Assembly (NCBI GenBank): GCA_016180955.1 | Contig: JACPAD010000001.1 | Coordinates: forward strand, 8,527 to 72,526 | Length of the DNA stretch: 64,000 bases | Origin: Candidatus Zambryskiibacteriota bacterium | GTDB lineage: Bacteria; Patescibacteriota; Minisyncoccia; Phycocordibacterales; Zambryskibacteraceae | Reading direction: 5' to 3' | Part shown: positions 44,431 to 54,439 of the stretch, one piece after another | Position numbering within the stretch: position 1 is the stretch's first letter | Layout: each line of letters begins with the position of its first letter | The notes under the pieces: model-generated | What the model saw: the letters and a program-made list of their open reading frames with translations, nothing else | Told to the model about the DNA's origin: nothing | Database searches by the model: none | Program-made: the position numbers and the translations under genes

Positions 44431-45160
44431 TTTGTTCTTTGTCTGCTTTTAGAGCCAAGCCCTTTTTATAAGCTTCGACCAGTTTTTCTACAATGAAAGA
44501 GATGCTTTGGCGCGAAGCATCATTGCCCGGAATAGGGTAGTCAACTTCGTAAAGGTTGGAGTCAGAGCCAGCTAGCGCCACGACCGGAATATTCATTTTG
44601 CGGGCTTCGGATACAGCAATATTTTCTTTCTTCGGGTCGATGATGATAAGAAGTTTCGGCAAAGATTTCAAATTAGTGACACCACCGAAATGGAGCTGGA
44701 GCTTCTCTATCTCGCGGTCGATAAGCAGACGCTCCTTCTTGGTGTACTTGGCGAGCTCGCCTCTCTCGCGCTGGCTGGTCAGTTCCTCAAGACGTATGAT
44801 GCGCTTTTTAATCTCTGTAAAATTCGTAAGAGTACCTCCTATCCAGCGGCCGGCAACGTATGGCATCTGGAGTTCCTTGCCGGCCTTGATTGTGGCCTCA
44901 CGCGCCTCGCTCTTGCCGCCGACAAATAGGACCGGAGCCCCCTCCTTGCCCTTGCTTTCTACGAATTCAAAAGCTTTTGCCAGTTCTTGCGAGGTCTTCT
45001 CTAAGTCGAAGATCTCAATCTTGTTTTTAGTACCGAAAATAAACGGCTTGGCCGAAGGGTGCCGGCGGCTTTTGATGAAGCCGAAATGGGCCCCGACAGA
45101 AAAAAGTGCGTCAACGACGCTATCTTTGTCGTTTTTTAAAATGTTATTTACTTTCTCCAC
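44408..45160 (-). CDS. rpsB: 30S ribosomal protein S2
   Basis: GAHFG, RWIGGTLTNF, IPGND. Confidence 0.96.
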   Translation of the reverse strand: MEKVNNILKNDKDSVVDALFSVGAHFGFIKSRRHPSAKPFIFGTKNKIEIFDLEKTSQELAKAFEFVESKGKEGAPVLFVGGKSEAREATIKAGKELQMPYVAGRWIGGTLTNFTEIKKRIIRLEELTSQRERGELAKYTKKERLLIDREIEKLQLHFGGVTNLKSLPKLLIIIDPKKENIAVSEARKMNIPVVALAGSDSNLYEVDYPIPGNDASRQSISFIVEKLVEAYKKGLALKADKEQNDINRTD

Positions 45161-45201
45161 AAGTGTCCAGTCTAGCAGAAAGTATGCCTATAGACAACCC
45201 T

Positions 45202-45867
45202 TCACTGCTGAAAGTTTCCATTGCTCTTATAAAATTGTGAAAAACGGATTATTCCAAACTGGTCTTTATGAGAGCTTAAGTACATAGGATGTTGTGAGAA
45301 ATTTTTTACCTGCTCTGGTTCATGTTCTATAAAAAGGATGCCTTTGTCATTGAGATACGCTCCCGCTTTGGAAATAATTTCTTTGATTATCTCCATCCCC
45401 TCTTTGCCGCCATATAATGCTTTTCTTGGCTCATACAGCATTACGCTTTTTTGTACTCTATGTTGAAGTTCCGGATCTATATAAGGCGGATTCGATAAAA
45501 TAAAATCGTATGAATCATGAACCTGCTCAAATAAATCCCCGCCGAAAATTCTGGTGCGGGAAGAGTCGAGTTTATTCTCCCGGATATTTTTCCCGATTGT
45601 TTTATGATGACTTTCTTCTATCTCGACAAAGTCGACAAATGCTTCTGGAATTTCTTTCAATACGGCAACTCCAATACAGCCGGAGCCGGCACAAAGATCG
45701 AGGATTCTTGGTTCCTTTATTTCACTCTTCTTGACCTCTTGTATAGCTTGATTAACCCAGTATTCCGTTTCTGTTCTTGGAATAAGAGGCCTGGAATCAA
45801 GATAAATCTCGGTGTGTATAAAAGGTATCCATCCGAGGGTGTATGCCAAGGGCTCAGTTTCCGACAT
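45202..45867 (-). CDS. prmC: Release factor glutamine methyltransferase (N-terminal domain absent)
   Basis: [27 protein letters not shown]; follows prfA. Confidence 0.9.
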   Translation of the reverse strand: MSETEPLAYTLGWIPFIHTEIYLDSRPLIPRTETEYWVNQAIQEVKKSEIKEPRILDLCAGSGCIGVAVLKEIPEAFVDFVEIEESHHKTIGKNIRENKLDSSRTRIFGGDLFEQVHDSYDFILSNPPYIDPELQHRVQKSVMLYEPRKALYGGKEGMEIIKEIISKAGAYLNDKGILFIEHEPEQVKNFSQHPMYLSSHKDQFGIIRFSQFYKSNGNFQQ

Positions 45868-46699
45868 TTTGGAATGCCTCTAAAATAGGTTCTATCTCCC
45901 CTTTCATAATGCGCTCAATATTATGCCAAGATTCTTTGACGCGGTGGTCGGTGATACGGTCTTGAAGAACGTTGTATGTGCGAATCTTCTCTGAACGGTC
46001 GGCGGTACCGATTTGACTTCTGCGCTCGCCTGCATATTTTAACGCCTCTTCTTCTTCTTTAAGTTTTTCGAGCTTGGCGATAAGGATACTCATGGCCATC
46101 TCGCGATTTTTAAGCTGGCTTCTCTGGGCCGTTGAACGGACATCGATGCCGGTCGGCTTATGGATGATGCGTACGGCAGTCTCAAGCTTGTTAACGTTCT
46201 GCCCGCCGGCACCGCCGGAACGCGAGGTTTCTATTTCAAGGTCAGAAGGCTTAATTTCGATAGTAGTTTTCTTCCTCACTGGCAATATCGCTACTGAAGC
46301 AGTTGAGGTATGCACTCTACCCGTCTTCTCGGTTTCCGGCACTCGTTGGATGCGATGCACGCCGGTCTCAAAACGTAATTTTCTATAAGCATCTTTCCCG
46401 TGAATCTCAAAGGCTAACTTGTCTATTTCCGCTATCATCCACCCTTGCTTTCTGGCATAAGCTATATACATCTCTGCCAGTTCTTCGGCAAAAAGGGCCG
46501 CTTCTTCCCCTCCGGCTCCGGCCCGAACCTCAAGAATTATTTCATCCGGAAACTCGACGTCTTCACTTACTGTCTCGCCCTCGAGAACCTTATCCATCTC
46601 AGCGAGAATCATCCGTTTAGATTCTTCATCAGTAAGTTCTTCGTATGTTTTGGCAAGATATGCGGTTTTTGGATTTTTCTTGTATTTCTCTATGTCCAT
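45854..46699 (-). CDS. prfA: Peptide chain release factor 1 (short)
   Basis: [23 protein letters not shown] (PxT), GGQ, EKIRTYN, RITDHR. Confidence 0.92.
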   Translation of the reverse strand: MDIEKYKKNPKTAYLAKTYEELTDEESKRMILAEMDKVLEGETVSEDVEFPDEIILEVRAGAGGEEAALFAEELAEMYIAYARKQGWMIAEIDKLAFEIHGKDAYRKLRFETGVHRIQRVPETEKTGRVHTSTASVAILPVRKKTTIEIKPSDLEIETSRSGGAGGQNVNKLETAVRIIHKPTGIDVRSTAQRSQLKNREMAMSILIAKLEKLKEEEEALKYAGERRSQIGTADRSEKIRTYNVLQDRITDHRVKESWHNIERIMKGEIEPILEAFQNVGN

Positions 46700-46986
46700 T
46701 ACTTCTTAGCTTTTGCCCTTTTTGCCTTGAAGCGTTCGACGCGCCCGGCGATATCGAGAACTTTTTCCTGACCGGTGTAGAATGGATGGGTAGCGGAAGA
46801 GATTTCCACGCGAAAGACAGGATACTCTTTCTTATCCCCGCCCGACCGACCGTCCGGTCGGGCGGGCTTTTTAGGTCTCGCGGTCTCGGTAGTTTTGACT
46901 GTCGAAGGAATAACAAATTCTGTCCCGTCAGAGTTGTCAATAAAAAGCACCGGTCTATAATTGTCTGGGTGAATACCTTTTTTCAT
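46699..46986 (-). CDS. rpmE: 50S ribosomal protein L31 type B
   Basis: [28 protein letters not shown]. Confidence 0.94.
   Translation of the reverse strand: MKKGIHPDNYRPVLFIDNSDGTEFVIPSTVKTTETARPKKPARPDGRSGGDKKEYPVFRVEISSATHPFYTGQEKVLDIAGRVERFKAKRAKAKK
46837..46866. repeat. 30-nt perfect hairpin in frame in rpmE ([10 protein letters not shown])
   Basis: CCCGCCCGACCG-ACCGTC-CGGTCGGGCGGG. Confidence 0.85.
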
Positions 46987-47012
46987 GTTTGAGAGCCAAT
47001 AATATCAGTGAA

Positions 47013-48374
47013 TTAAACTCCCTGCAAGAAGTCAATATCGCGCTGGATAGTGCTGACTCGGCTCATCACTTGGTTGCCGTAGCTCAAGCCTCGGCCGGTT
47101 CTGCCGCCCACATAACAAGTCTGGCCGGAATAATAGCGGCAGGCGGCGGTGCGCTGGTCAATGTAGGAGTCGCCGGTGTTGCCTATGATATCCTTCAGAA
47201 AAAGTGCCATAGCCATGATAGCGTCTTGCGGGTTCCAGGGATTCGGGGTAGCTTTGCCCAAAGCCGCTCCCACCTTATCCTCCATAAGACTCCAGGTCGA
47301 AGGGATGAACTGCGCCGGCCCCATAGCTCCGCCATAACCGATGGAGAGCGGGCAGGAAACTTTTGTCTGGAATGGGTCCCCGCCGAGTTTATTGAGAATG
47401 GACTGGAGTATCGGCAGGTCGCGGGCCGGGTGAATGCCGTTTCTGAAAATAGTGCCGTTTCTGATACTTCTGGTCTCTCCGCTTGAAAGATTGGTAATGA
47501 CGCATGAACCGACGTTTGCTCCCAAGTTTGACTCTTGCTGGAGAATAGCGAGAATGAGGGCCGATGATACTCCGGTCTTGTTGCTTGCCGCTTCAGCGTA
47601 CTCTAAAGCAGTGCCGAAAGGAATCGCTCCCGCGTCACGCAGTGGGAAGAGTACGGAGCGTATTTGGGCCGCCTTAGCTTGTTTGTCGGCAAGCACTTGA
47701 GCGTAAGTCTTCTCGTTATTCTTGCTTACCGCAAGTAAAGTTTTTTTCTCCGCTTGGTCTCTTTCCACCTGTTTTTTAGATGCCTCCAAGAGTGCACGAG
47801 CGGCGGATTCCTCCTCTTTCTTTTTATTCAAAGCGGCTTTTTCTGCTTCCGTCAATGAACGGGTTTCCCGCAGTTCGGCAAAGAGGTTCTCCAGTGCATT
47901 TTCGGTCGAGGCGTAAGTATCGATATCTACGAAAAAGTCCGAGATGTTTTCTCCGGAGAGTGCTACCTCGACGAGCGAGTAGGAATTAATGTCATTAGTC
48001 TTCCGCAATATATCGGCGATGGCGCGTTTGCCGGTCTCGATGCGGTTATTGAGAACCGTTATCTTAGATTCTTTAACAGCGATATCTTTGGAAAGATTCG
48101 AGATGGCGATATTTTTTGCTTTGATGTTGGCTTGGGCGGCGTTAATCTTGGCTGTGAGAGCTGCCACGTCTCGGGCAAAGGAGGCGGACTGCTCCCTGGT
48201 CTGATTAAGGGTTTGAGTCCATTCTTCGATCTCACGGTTACATTGCTCAAGCTCGGCTTCTAATTGGGCTCGAGATTTACCGGAAGTTTCGGCCGTACAA
48301 GCAGACTGGGCTGTTGCTACGATAGGTAGCACTGCTACTAAAAGTGCTATAAGAAATGTTAAGAGCTTTTTCAT
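47013..48374 (-). CDS. Secreted coiled-coil protein with lytic murein transglycosylase domain
   Basis: Signal peptide, coiled coil, AILQQES, GAMGPAQFIPSTW. Confidence 0.85.
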   Translation of the reverse strand: MKKLLTFLIALLVAVLPIVATAQSACTAETSGKSRAQLEAELEQCNREIEEWTQTLNQTREQSASFARDVAALTAKINAAQANIKAKNIAISNLSKDIAVKESKITVLNNRIETGKRAIADILRKTNDINSYSLVEVALSGENISDFFVDIDTYASTENALENLFAELRETRSLTEAEKAALNKKKEEESAARALLEASKKQVERDQAEKKTLLAVSKNNEKTYAQVLADKQAKAAQIRSVLFPLRDAGAIPFGTALEYAEAASNKTGVSSALILAILQQESNLGANVGSCVITNLSSGETRSIRNGTIFRNGIHPARDLPILQSILNKLGGDPFQTKVSCPLSIGYGGAMGPAQFIPSTWSLMEDKVGAALGKATPNPWNPQDAIMAMALFLKDIIGNTGDSYIDQRTAACRYYSGQTCYVGGRTGRGLSYGNQVMSRVSTIQRDIDFLQGV

Positions 48375-48463
48375 CTAAATTTCTAATTAACCTAATTGCT
48401 CTAATTACTCTAATTACTCTAAACAAATCCCAATTTAGAATAATTAGGAATTAGAATAATTAG
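48375..48463. repeat. 9-nt phased CTAA(T) array followed by inverted TTAG array
   Basis: CTAA at 48375, 48383, 48392, 48401, 48410, 48419; TTAG at 48435, 48444, 48451, 48460. Confidence 0.7.
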
Positions 48464-49122
48464 GTTAATTGCTCCGGCTTTTGTTCCTCAATTTCCCCTG
48501 CCGGAGCCTCCTCTTTACCCTTCTTCTCTACCTCGATAGCTGATAGGTCTATCGGTGCTGCTTCCTCCTCCTTCTCCTCTCGCGGAGCGGCGACGGTGGC
48601 CACAACTTCTTCTGATTTTTCTTTTAGTTCCACACCGGCAGGAAGTTTAAGATCCTTTGCCAATATCTGGTCGCCGAAATTGATGAGCGGACTGATGTCA
48701 ATGGTGATGTTGTGAGGCAAATCTTTAGGCATTGCTTCCACTTTAATTTCATGGAGAACCTTCACCAGCGCGCCACCGAGATCTTTGATAGCCGATGAGA
48801 CGCCCTCGAATTCGATAGGCAGTGCCACTTCAACCTTGTGGCCCTTTTCGAAGACGTAAAAGTCCGCATGGCGCGGAGCTCCGGTAACAGGGTCTAGGTC
48901 AACGTCATGGATTAGGCTTTCTTTAGTACCGCCGGGAATATCAAGCGTTACCACGCTTGACTCCCCCGCCTCATGCCACACTTTCAGAAAATCAACCTGA
49001 CGGATTGAGATAGGCGTACTAGCTTGCCTTTTACCGTAAAAGACTGCGGGCACCTTTCCCGCTTTTCTGATTGCCGCCGGTTTTGTCTTAGTATTCCGTA
49101 TCTCTGCCTTTAAGGTAAGCAT
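48460..49122 (-). CDS. rplY: 50S ribosomal protein L25 (Ctc long form)
   Basis: VPAVFYG, HADFY, C-terminal Ctc domain. Confidence 0.93.
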   Translation of the reverse strand: MLTLKAEIRNTKTKPAAIRKAGKVPAVFYGKRQASTPISIRQVDFLKVWHEAGESSVVTLDIPGGTKESLIHDVDLDPVTGAPRHADFYVFEKGHKVEVALPIEFEGVSSAIKDLGGALVKVLHEIKVEAMPKDLPHNITIDISPLINFGDQILAKDLKLPAGVELKEKSEEVVATVAAPREEKEEEAAPIDLSAIEVEKKGKEEAPAGEIEEQKPEQLT

Positions 49123-49131
49123 AGACCCATT

Positions 49132-50706
49132 TTAGCTCGTTTCTATGTGATTTTCAAGGTACTCTAGAGTGCCATTAACTTTTTTGTTGGGATTAAAGAT
49201 ATTTTGCGGGTCAAAGATTTGCTTAACTTTTTTGAAAAGCTCGAGCACTTCCGGAGAGTACATTTTGTCCAAATATGGGGTGCGAATGATACCGTCGTTA
49301 TGCTCCCCCGTTATCGAACCATGATACTGCGATACCAGATCATAAAATTTATTCGCTACTGGTATAAGTTTCTTTCTCTCGCTCTCAAGTTTAAGGTTCA
49401 TCAATGGGATTATGTGGAAATTACCGTTGCCGGCGTGGCCGGCAATGTTTACGTCAATATCGTAGTCTTCAAGAATTTTCTTAGCTTTAGGCAAAAACTC
49501 CGGCACCTTCTCTACCGGAATACAGAAGTCATCAATAAACGGCGCTGTGCGCTTGTTCTTCACATGCTCGCGCAAAAGATTGAATGACTCACGCCTAACT
49601 ATCCAGAATTTTTCTTCTTCAGAATCCTTCTCTACTACTCTATGCCAGACTTTAAATAGTCTTAAACTCTCGAGTATCCCCTTTACCTTCCTCTTTACTT
49701 CACTCTCGCTTTCTTCGGCAATCTCGACCAGCACTACAAGCTCTGGCAACCCGCCCATCTTGATTCCGATAAACGCTTCGGGCAAAAACTTGGCGGCAAA
49801 TGAAAATAGGTTTGATCCGGTTTTCTTGGCGATCTCCGGCATGAAGCGGATACCGAGCTTGATAGTGTCTTTGTCAAAAGTTTCTAAACTCTCCGGCTCA
49901 TAAGGCAGGAGTGTATTAACCACCCCCGGCATATCGTCCCAAGAGCTAAAGAAAATCGCGATAAGGTCGTGATGTGCTTTAACGGGTACCAAACTAACCT
50001 TAGCTTCAGTCATGATGCCTAGTGTGCCCTGCGAACCGACCAGAAGCTTATTGAGATCAAAAACTTCTCCCCCCGTGTTCAAAGCTCGACTTAGAACATT
50101 CCAAAGGTAATAGCCGGCAGAGTTTTTAGAAACTTTTGGTTTGGCATTCTTTATAATTTCTCTATTCTGCTTAATAAGTTCGAATATTCTTTTACTGTAC
50201 TCGTTATCAATGGCACCCCTTTTTATTACATACTCGTTACCATCGGCAAAGACCCACTTGGATTCGACGACGAAGTTCTCCATCTTGCCATAACGAAGCG
50301 ACATCTGCCCTCCACAGTTATTGGCGATCATGCCGCCTAAAGCGCAGAGATTTTTCGAAGCGGTATAGCATGGCAGAATAAGCTTTTTTGCCAGAGTTCT
50401 CTTCTCAAAATCTCTATAGAAGGCGCCAGGTTCGACGCTCGTGCCTTCCGCATCTATCTCCCCTATCTTATTTATATATTTTGTAACGTCGACAATAATT
50501 GATTCATTAAGCGGTCCTCCTGTCATGTCCGTTCCTCCGGCGCGGACCGTTAAACTCTCCTTATGTTCGGTGGCAAATTTTACTAATTTTTTTATATCCT
50601 CAACATTTTTGGGAAAGGCGACAAATTTCGGCAAAACTCGGAACAAACTAGCATCCCGGCTATAACCCTCGAGAACCTTCGGATCGTTATTGAGTAAGTT
50701 CTCCAT
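49132..50706 (-). CDS. FAD-linked oxidoreductase (GlcD/D-lactate dehydrogenase-like)
   Basis: RAGGT, GGMIANN, GSQGTLG, GHAGNGNFH, GEHNDG, FDPQNIFNP. Confidence 0.88.
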   Translation of the reverse strand: MENLLNNDPKVLEGYSRDASLFRVLPKFVAFPKNVEDIKKLVKFATEHKESLTVRAGGTDMTGGPLNESIIVDVTKYINKIGEIDAEGTSVEPGAFYRDFEKRTLAKKLILPCYTASKNLCALGGMIANNCGGQMSLRYGKMENFVVESKWVFADGNEYVIKRGAIDNEYSKRIFELIKQNREIIKNAKPKVSKNSAGYYLWNVLSRALNTGGEVFDLNKLLVGSQGTLGIMTEAKVSLVPVKAHHDLIAIFFSSWDDMPGVVNTLLPYEPESLETFDKDTIKLGIRFMPEIAKKTGSNLFSFAAKFLPEAFIGIKMGGLPELVVLVEIAEESESEVKRKVKGILESLRLFKVWHRVVEKDSEEEKFWIVRRESFNLLREHVKNKRTAPFIDDFCIPVEKVPEFLPKAKKILEDYDIDVNIAGHAGNGNFHIIPLMNLKLESERKKLIPVANKFYDLVSQYHGSITGEHNDGIIRTPYLDKMYSPEVLELFKKVKQIFDPQNIFNPNKKVNGTLEYLENHIETS

Positions 50707-51544
50707 TGAACACGCGTAATTTACTGATAACTACCTTCTTCATATCCTCTACCGCCTCCTGCATAAATTTATAAGGCGCCACTTCGCCACTCTTAACCGC
50801 CTCCGCCAGACCTTCTTTGTAAGCCAATCGCAGCTCGGTATTGATATGAATAATTCTCACTCCGGCATCAATAGCGTTGATAAACTCATCGTCCTTATTG
50901 CCGGAACCGCCATGGAGCACCAAAGGAATGCCAACAGCTTGGCGAATGGCTCTGATACGTTCAATATTTAATTTAGGCTCGCCTGTTTTTACAATGCCAT
51001 GCACATTGCCAACAGACGGAGCCAGAAGGTCGATGCCAGTTTGTTCCACGAATTTCTTTGCGTCCTCCGGTTTGGTTTGAGTTTCTTCCGAGACTCCATC
51101 AGGAATAGTGTCCAAAACTTTCGAAGACTTGCCAATAAAGCCGAGCTCGCCTTCAACTAAAATTTCCGGATTTTTTAATCGGGCGTAGGCGACAATTTCT
51201 TTTGTCATCCTGACATTCTCCTCAAAAGATTTTTCTGCCGCATCGATAATGACACTATCGACCCCGGCATCGATAGCCGCCTTAGCCTTCTCGACCGAAT
51301 AGGTGTGGTCAGCGTTGATGAATACCGGCAAACCGTTGCCTCTGGCAATCTTGACTAGAGCCACTATTTCTTCGAGTCCGATAAATTCTCTCTCTCCCTC
51401 CGAGACGCCAATGATGACAGGAACTTGAAGCCCTTTAGCCGCTTCGACTACCGCCTTGAATCCCTCCGAGTCCGATATGTTGAAATGCCCGATGGCAACT
51501 CGCTTTTCCTCTGTCCAAGAGAGCCATTCACGCAGTGATTTCAT
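50687..51544 (-). CDS. fba: Class II fructose-bisphosphate aldolase
   Basis: NADH (H/N-x-D-H), VEGELG, GNVHG, LVLHGGSG, INT. Confidence 0.92.
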   Translation of the reverse strand: MKSLREWLSWTEEKRVAIGHFNISDSEGFKAVVEAAKGLQVPVIIGVSEGEREFIGLEEIVALVKIARGNGLPVFINADHTYSVEKAKAAIDAGVDSVIIDAAEKSFEENVRMTKEIVAYARLKNPEILVEGELGFIGKSSKVLDTIPDGVSEETQTKPEDAKKFVEQTGIDLLAPSVGNVHGIVKTGEPKLNIERIRAIRQAVGIPLVLHGGSGNKDDEFINAIDAGVRIIHINTELRLAYKEGLAEAVKSGEVAPYKFMQEAVEDMKKVVISKLRVFNGELTQ

Positions 51545-51561
51545 GTTATAATTTTAACACA

Positions 51562-52548
51562 ATGCATGACTTCATAGCGATTGGAGATATTGTTACCGAC
51601 GCCTTTATCAAGCTCAAGGATGCTTCTGTCCACTGTGATATCAACCGCGAGCATTGCACTATCAGTATGGCCTTCGGTGATAAGATTCCATATGAATCGG
51701 TGGAAGTAGTAAGGGCCGTCGGCAACAGCTCAAATGCCGCCGTTGCGGCTTCCCGCCTCGGTCTCAAGAGCGCTCTTATCACTAATATGGGGGACGATCA
51801 GAATGGCCGTGAGTGTTTAGAGAGTCTGAAAAAGGATGGCGTGGCTACAGAATTTGTCTCTGTCCATCAAGACAAAGAGACCAATTACCATTATGTACTC
51901 TGGTTCGAGAGTGACCGCACTATCTTGGTCAAACATCAAGAATATGAACGAGCCTTCTCCGATGTCGGAAATCCGAAGTGGCTCTACCTCTCATCTCTCG
52001 GCGGCGACACTGTCGAATATCATAAGCGAGTCATCGAATATTTAAAGATTCATCCCGATATCTCTCTCGCGTTTCAGCCCGGCACTTTCCAAATTGAGCT
52101 TGGCAAAGATGAGCTTAAAGACATTTATGCCAGAGCAAAAATATTTTTTTGTAATGTCGGAGAGGCGGAAAAAATACTTGGTCTAAACACCTTAGGAATA
52201 GAGGGGCTTTTGAAGCGCATGCGCTCGCTCGGTCCGGAGATTGTGGTCATCACCGATGGGCCGAAAGGCGCATACGCCTTCGACGGCAAGAATATGTGGC
52301 ATCAGAGCGCCTATCCGGACCCGAAGCCGCCCTATGAGCGCACCGGCGCCGGAGACGCGCTTGCCTCCACCACGGTAGCGGCTCTCGCTTTAGGTAAAGA
52401 TATAGAGACGGCTTTAAAGTGGGGCATGGTCAACGCCATGTCGGTAGTCCAACAAGTCGGCGCCCAGAAAGGATTGCTTAACAGCCCGCAGATCGAAGAA
52501 TATCTAAAAAATGCTCCCGAGAGCTTTCAAACCAAGAAATTAAATTAA
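51562..52548 (+). CDS. PfkB family carbohydrate kinase
   Basis: NAAV..SRLG, ITDGPKG, RTGAGDA. Confidence 0.92.
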   Translation: MHDFIAIGDIVTDAFIKLKDASVHCDINREHCTISMAFGDKIPYESVEVVRAVGNSSNAAVAASRLGLKSALITNMGDDQNGRECLESLKKDGVATEFVSVHQDKETNYHYVLWFESDRTILVKHQEYERAFSDVGNPKWLYLSSLGGDTVEYHKRVIEYLKIHPDISLAFQPGTFQIELGKDELKDIYARAKIFFCNVGEAEKILGLNTLGIEGLLKRMRSLGPEIVVITDGPKGAYAFDGKNMWHQSAYPDPKPPYERTGAGDALASTTVAALALGKDIETALKWGMVNAMSVVQQVGAQKGLLNSPQIEEYLKNAPESFQTKKLN

Positions 52549-52689
52549 GTTCCTTAAAAATGCTTAAAAGTAATGGTTTTTAGTAAATTAAGACTAAAAA
52601 TTTGACTTTTATATATTAAATGTAGTATAATGTAAAGAGACAAATAGACAAATTCGCGCTGAGTAATGCTCAGCGGAGGAGATGAGCAG

Positions 52690-53040
52690 ATGAGATTACT
52701 TTTTGTTTTCGTTCTCACGTTCGTGTTCGTCGCTGCTGGCTGTATCGGGATTCCCGAGGGCTACGAGCCTCTTGGGCCGTCGGTCGTGTCAGGGCCATTG
52801 AGAATTTTGCCGCCATACGCTCGAATCATTGTCGGCCAGCGACAGGACTTCGAGGCTTCAGGCGGCGACGGCAAATACGAGTGGAGTTTGATAAGGGGTT
52901 TAGGGACGCTCCGTATCCAGGGTGTCTCTGGCCGTTGGTATTCATACCAGTCGTCAGTGCCCGAGGAGGAGTTCCGTATTATTGTCAAGTCTGGCGACGG
53001 TCAGGCGGTCGAAACCTTCGGCATCGTTGTGTTCAGATAA
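52690..53040 (+). CDS. Orphan lipoprotein
   Basis: Lipobox-like AAGC; SD GGAGG; promoter TTGACT-18-TATAAT (52602-52631). Confidence 0.65.
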   Translation: MRLLFVFVLTFVFVAAGCIGIPEGYEPLGPSVVSGPLRILPPYARIIVGQRQDFEASGGDGKYEWSLIRGLGTLRIQGVSGRWYSYQSSVPEEEFRIIVKSGDGQAVETFGIVVFR

Positions 53041-53060
53041 GAGATGATGGCCGATGGCAG

Positions 53061-53085
53061 AGGGCGGACCCAACAAGTCCGCCCT
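53061..53085 (+). terminator. Hairpin after orphan lipoprotein
   Basis: AGGGCGGAC-CCAACAA-GTCCGCCCT. Confidence 0.7.
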
Positions 53086-53170
53086 TTCTTAATACCTAAA
53101 AGCAAACGGGAAGCATTGACAAGTATAAAAATAAATCATATTCTATTTATAGACCATAGGAGAAGGACCT

Positions 53171-53422
53171 ATGCCGAAAAAGACATTCGGTTCATCTGTT
53201 GCGTGGCCGCCACGCACTACCTATCACGGCAAATTGAATCTCGAGCGACTTCCGGAAGTTGTCGCCACGATTCAGCGTGACCATGGGCGGGTTATGGACA
53301 AGGCAGTGGCTTGGCACTTCAATCTCAACAGAAGTTCATTCTGCCGGATATTGAAGATGCATCCGGAGATCAAAACAGCATATGCCGCTCTCGTAGCAAG
53401 AGCGGCTCACTCACACGGGTAG
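53171..53422 (+). CDS. Small orphan protein, HTH-like
   Basis: KAVAWHFNLNRSSFCRIL; TTGACA-17-TATTCT (53116-53144); SD AGGAG. Confidence 0.6.
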   Translation: MPKKTFGSSVAWPPRTTYHGKLNLERLPEVVATIQRDHGRVMDKAVAWHFNLNRSSFCRILKMHPEIKTAYAALVARAAHSHG

Positions 53423-53439
53423 ACCTTACGGTCTACCCG
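53416..53439. terminator. Hairpin between convergent genes
   Basis: CGGGTAGACC-TTAC-GGTCTACCCG. Confidence 0.7.
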
Positions 53440-53449
53440 CTCGTCTTTA

Positions 53450-54436
53450 TCAGCGTCTCAAAACTTTTTTGACGGCTTTGATAATGGCGTCTTTACCCAT
53501 GCCGTAATGCTCGATTAACTCTTCCGGCGTACCTGATTGGCCGAATTGGTCATCAACGCCGATAAATTCGATAGCTACCGGATAATTTCTCGCTAGACAT
53601 TCCGCCACCGCCGAACCCATGCCCCCTCTTATCTGATGCTCCTCCACAGTAACGATTCTTTTAGCTCTCTTGGCCAAAGCGGTAATTGCTTCCTCATCAA
53701 GTGGTTTTATGGTCGAGAGATTTATCACTTCCACCTGAATCTTTTCTTCCTCAAGCTCTTTTGCAGCCAACAATGCTTTATATAAAAGCGCGCCGGTAGC
53801 AATTATTCCTACTTTTGGCGACTCGGACTCCCAGAAAATTTCGGCCTCACCGATTTTAAACGGCGTTTTATCCGTGGTCATGATTGGTGTATTCTCGCGC
53901 GCAAGGCGAATATAGACAGGAGTGTCGGTATTAGCAGCGGCTTCAGTCGCCTTTCTTGCCTCTATTGCATCACAGGGAGAAATGACCACCATGCGCGGTA
54001 GGACGCGGGTAATAGCAATATCCTCTATTGCCTGATGTGTACCGCCATCAGGCCCAACGGATACACCAGTATGGGAACCGGCGATCACAACCCTTCTGTT
54101 GTTGAAGCAGATAGTGGTGCGAATCTGCTCCCAGTTCCTGCCCGGAGAAAACATGGCATAGGAACTGATAAAGGGAATTTTTCCCATGGCGGCAAGGCCT
54201 GATGCGACTGAAGCTAAGTTCTGTTCCGCCACACCGAGTTCGATGAAGCGGTTCGGAAACTTCTCCGCGAATAAATTCATCTTGGTCGATTCCGTCAAGT
54301 CAGCACAAAGCCCGACCACACTCTGATTTTTCTGTCCAGCCGCGAGCAATCCTTCTCCAAATCCCTGCCGAATAGGAACTTGCTCAACTTTCTCATCAAA
54401 CATCTTCTCATTAAGTTTTAAATCCGGGTTGAGCAT
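53450..54436 (-). CDS. Transketolase, C-terminal subunit
   Basis: ADL..ST, GVAEQN, GPDGGTHQ, VEEH..GGMG. Confidence 0.93.
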   Translation of the reverse strand: MLNPDLKLNEKMFDEKVEQVPIRQGFGEGLLAAGQKNQSVVGLCADLTESTKMNLFAEKFPNRFIELGVAEQNLASVASGLAAMGKIPFISSYAMFSPGRNWEQIRTTICFNNRRVVIAGSHTGVSVGPDGGTHQAIEDIAITRVLPRMVVISPCDAIEARKATEAAANTDTPVYIRLARENTPIMTTDKTPFKIGEAEIFWESESPKVGIIATGALLYKALLAAKELEEEKIQVEVINLSTIKPLDEEAITALAKRAKRIVTVEEHQIRGGMGSAVAECLARNYPVAIEFIGVDDQFGQSGTPEELIEHYGMGKDAIIKAVKKVLRR

Positions 54437-54439
54437 TTT

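Noticed and set aside
50076..50098. Possible palindromic insert in FAD oxidoreductase (VLSRALNT)
   Set aside because: Only a 5-bp stem (TGTTC/GAACA) and no clear family match; needs ortholog alignment
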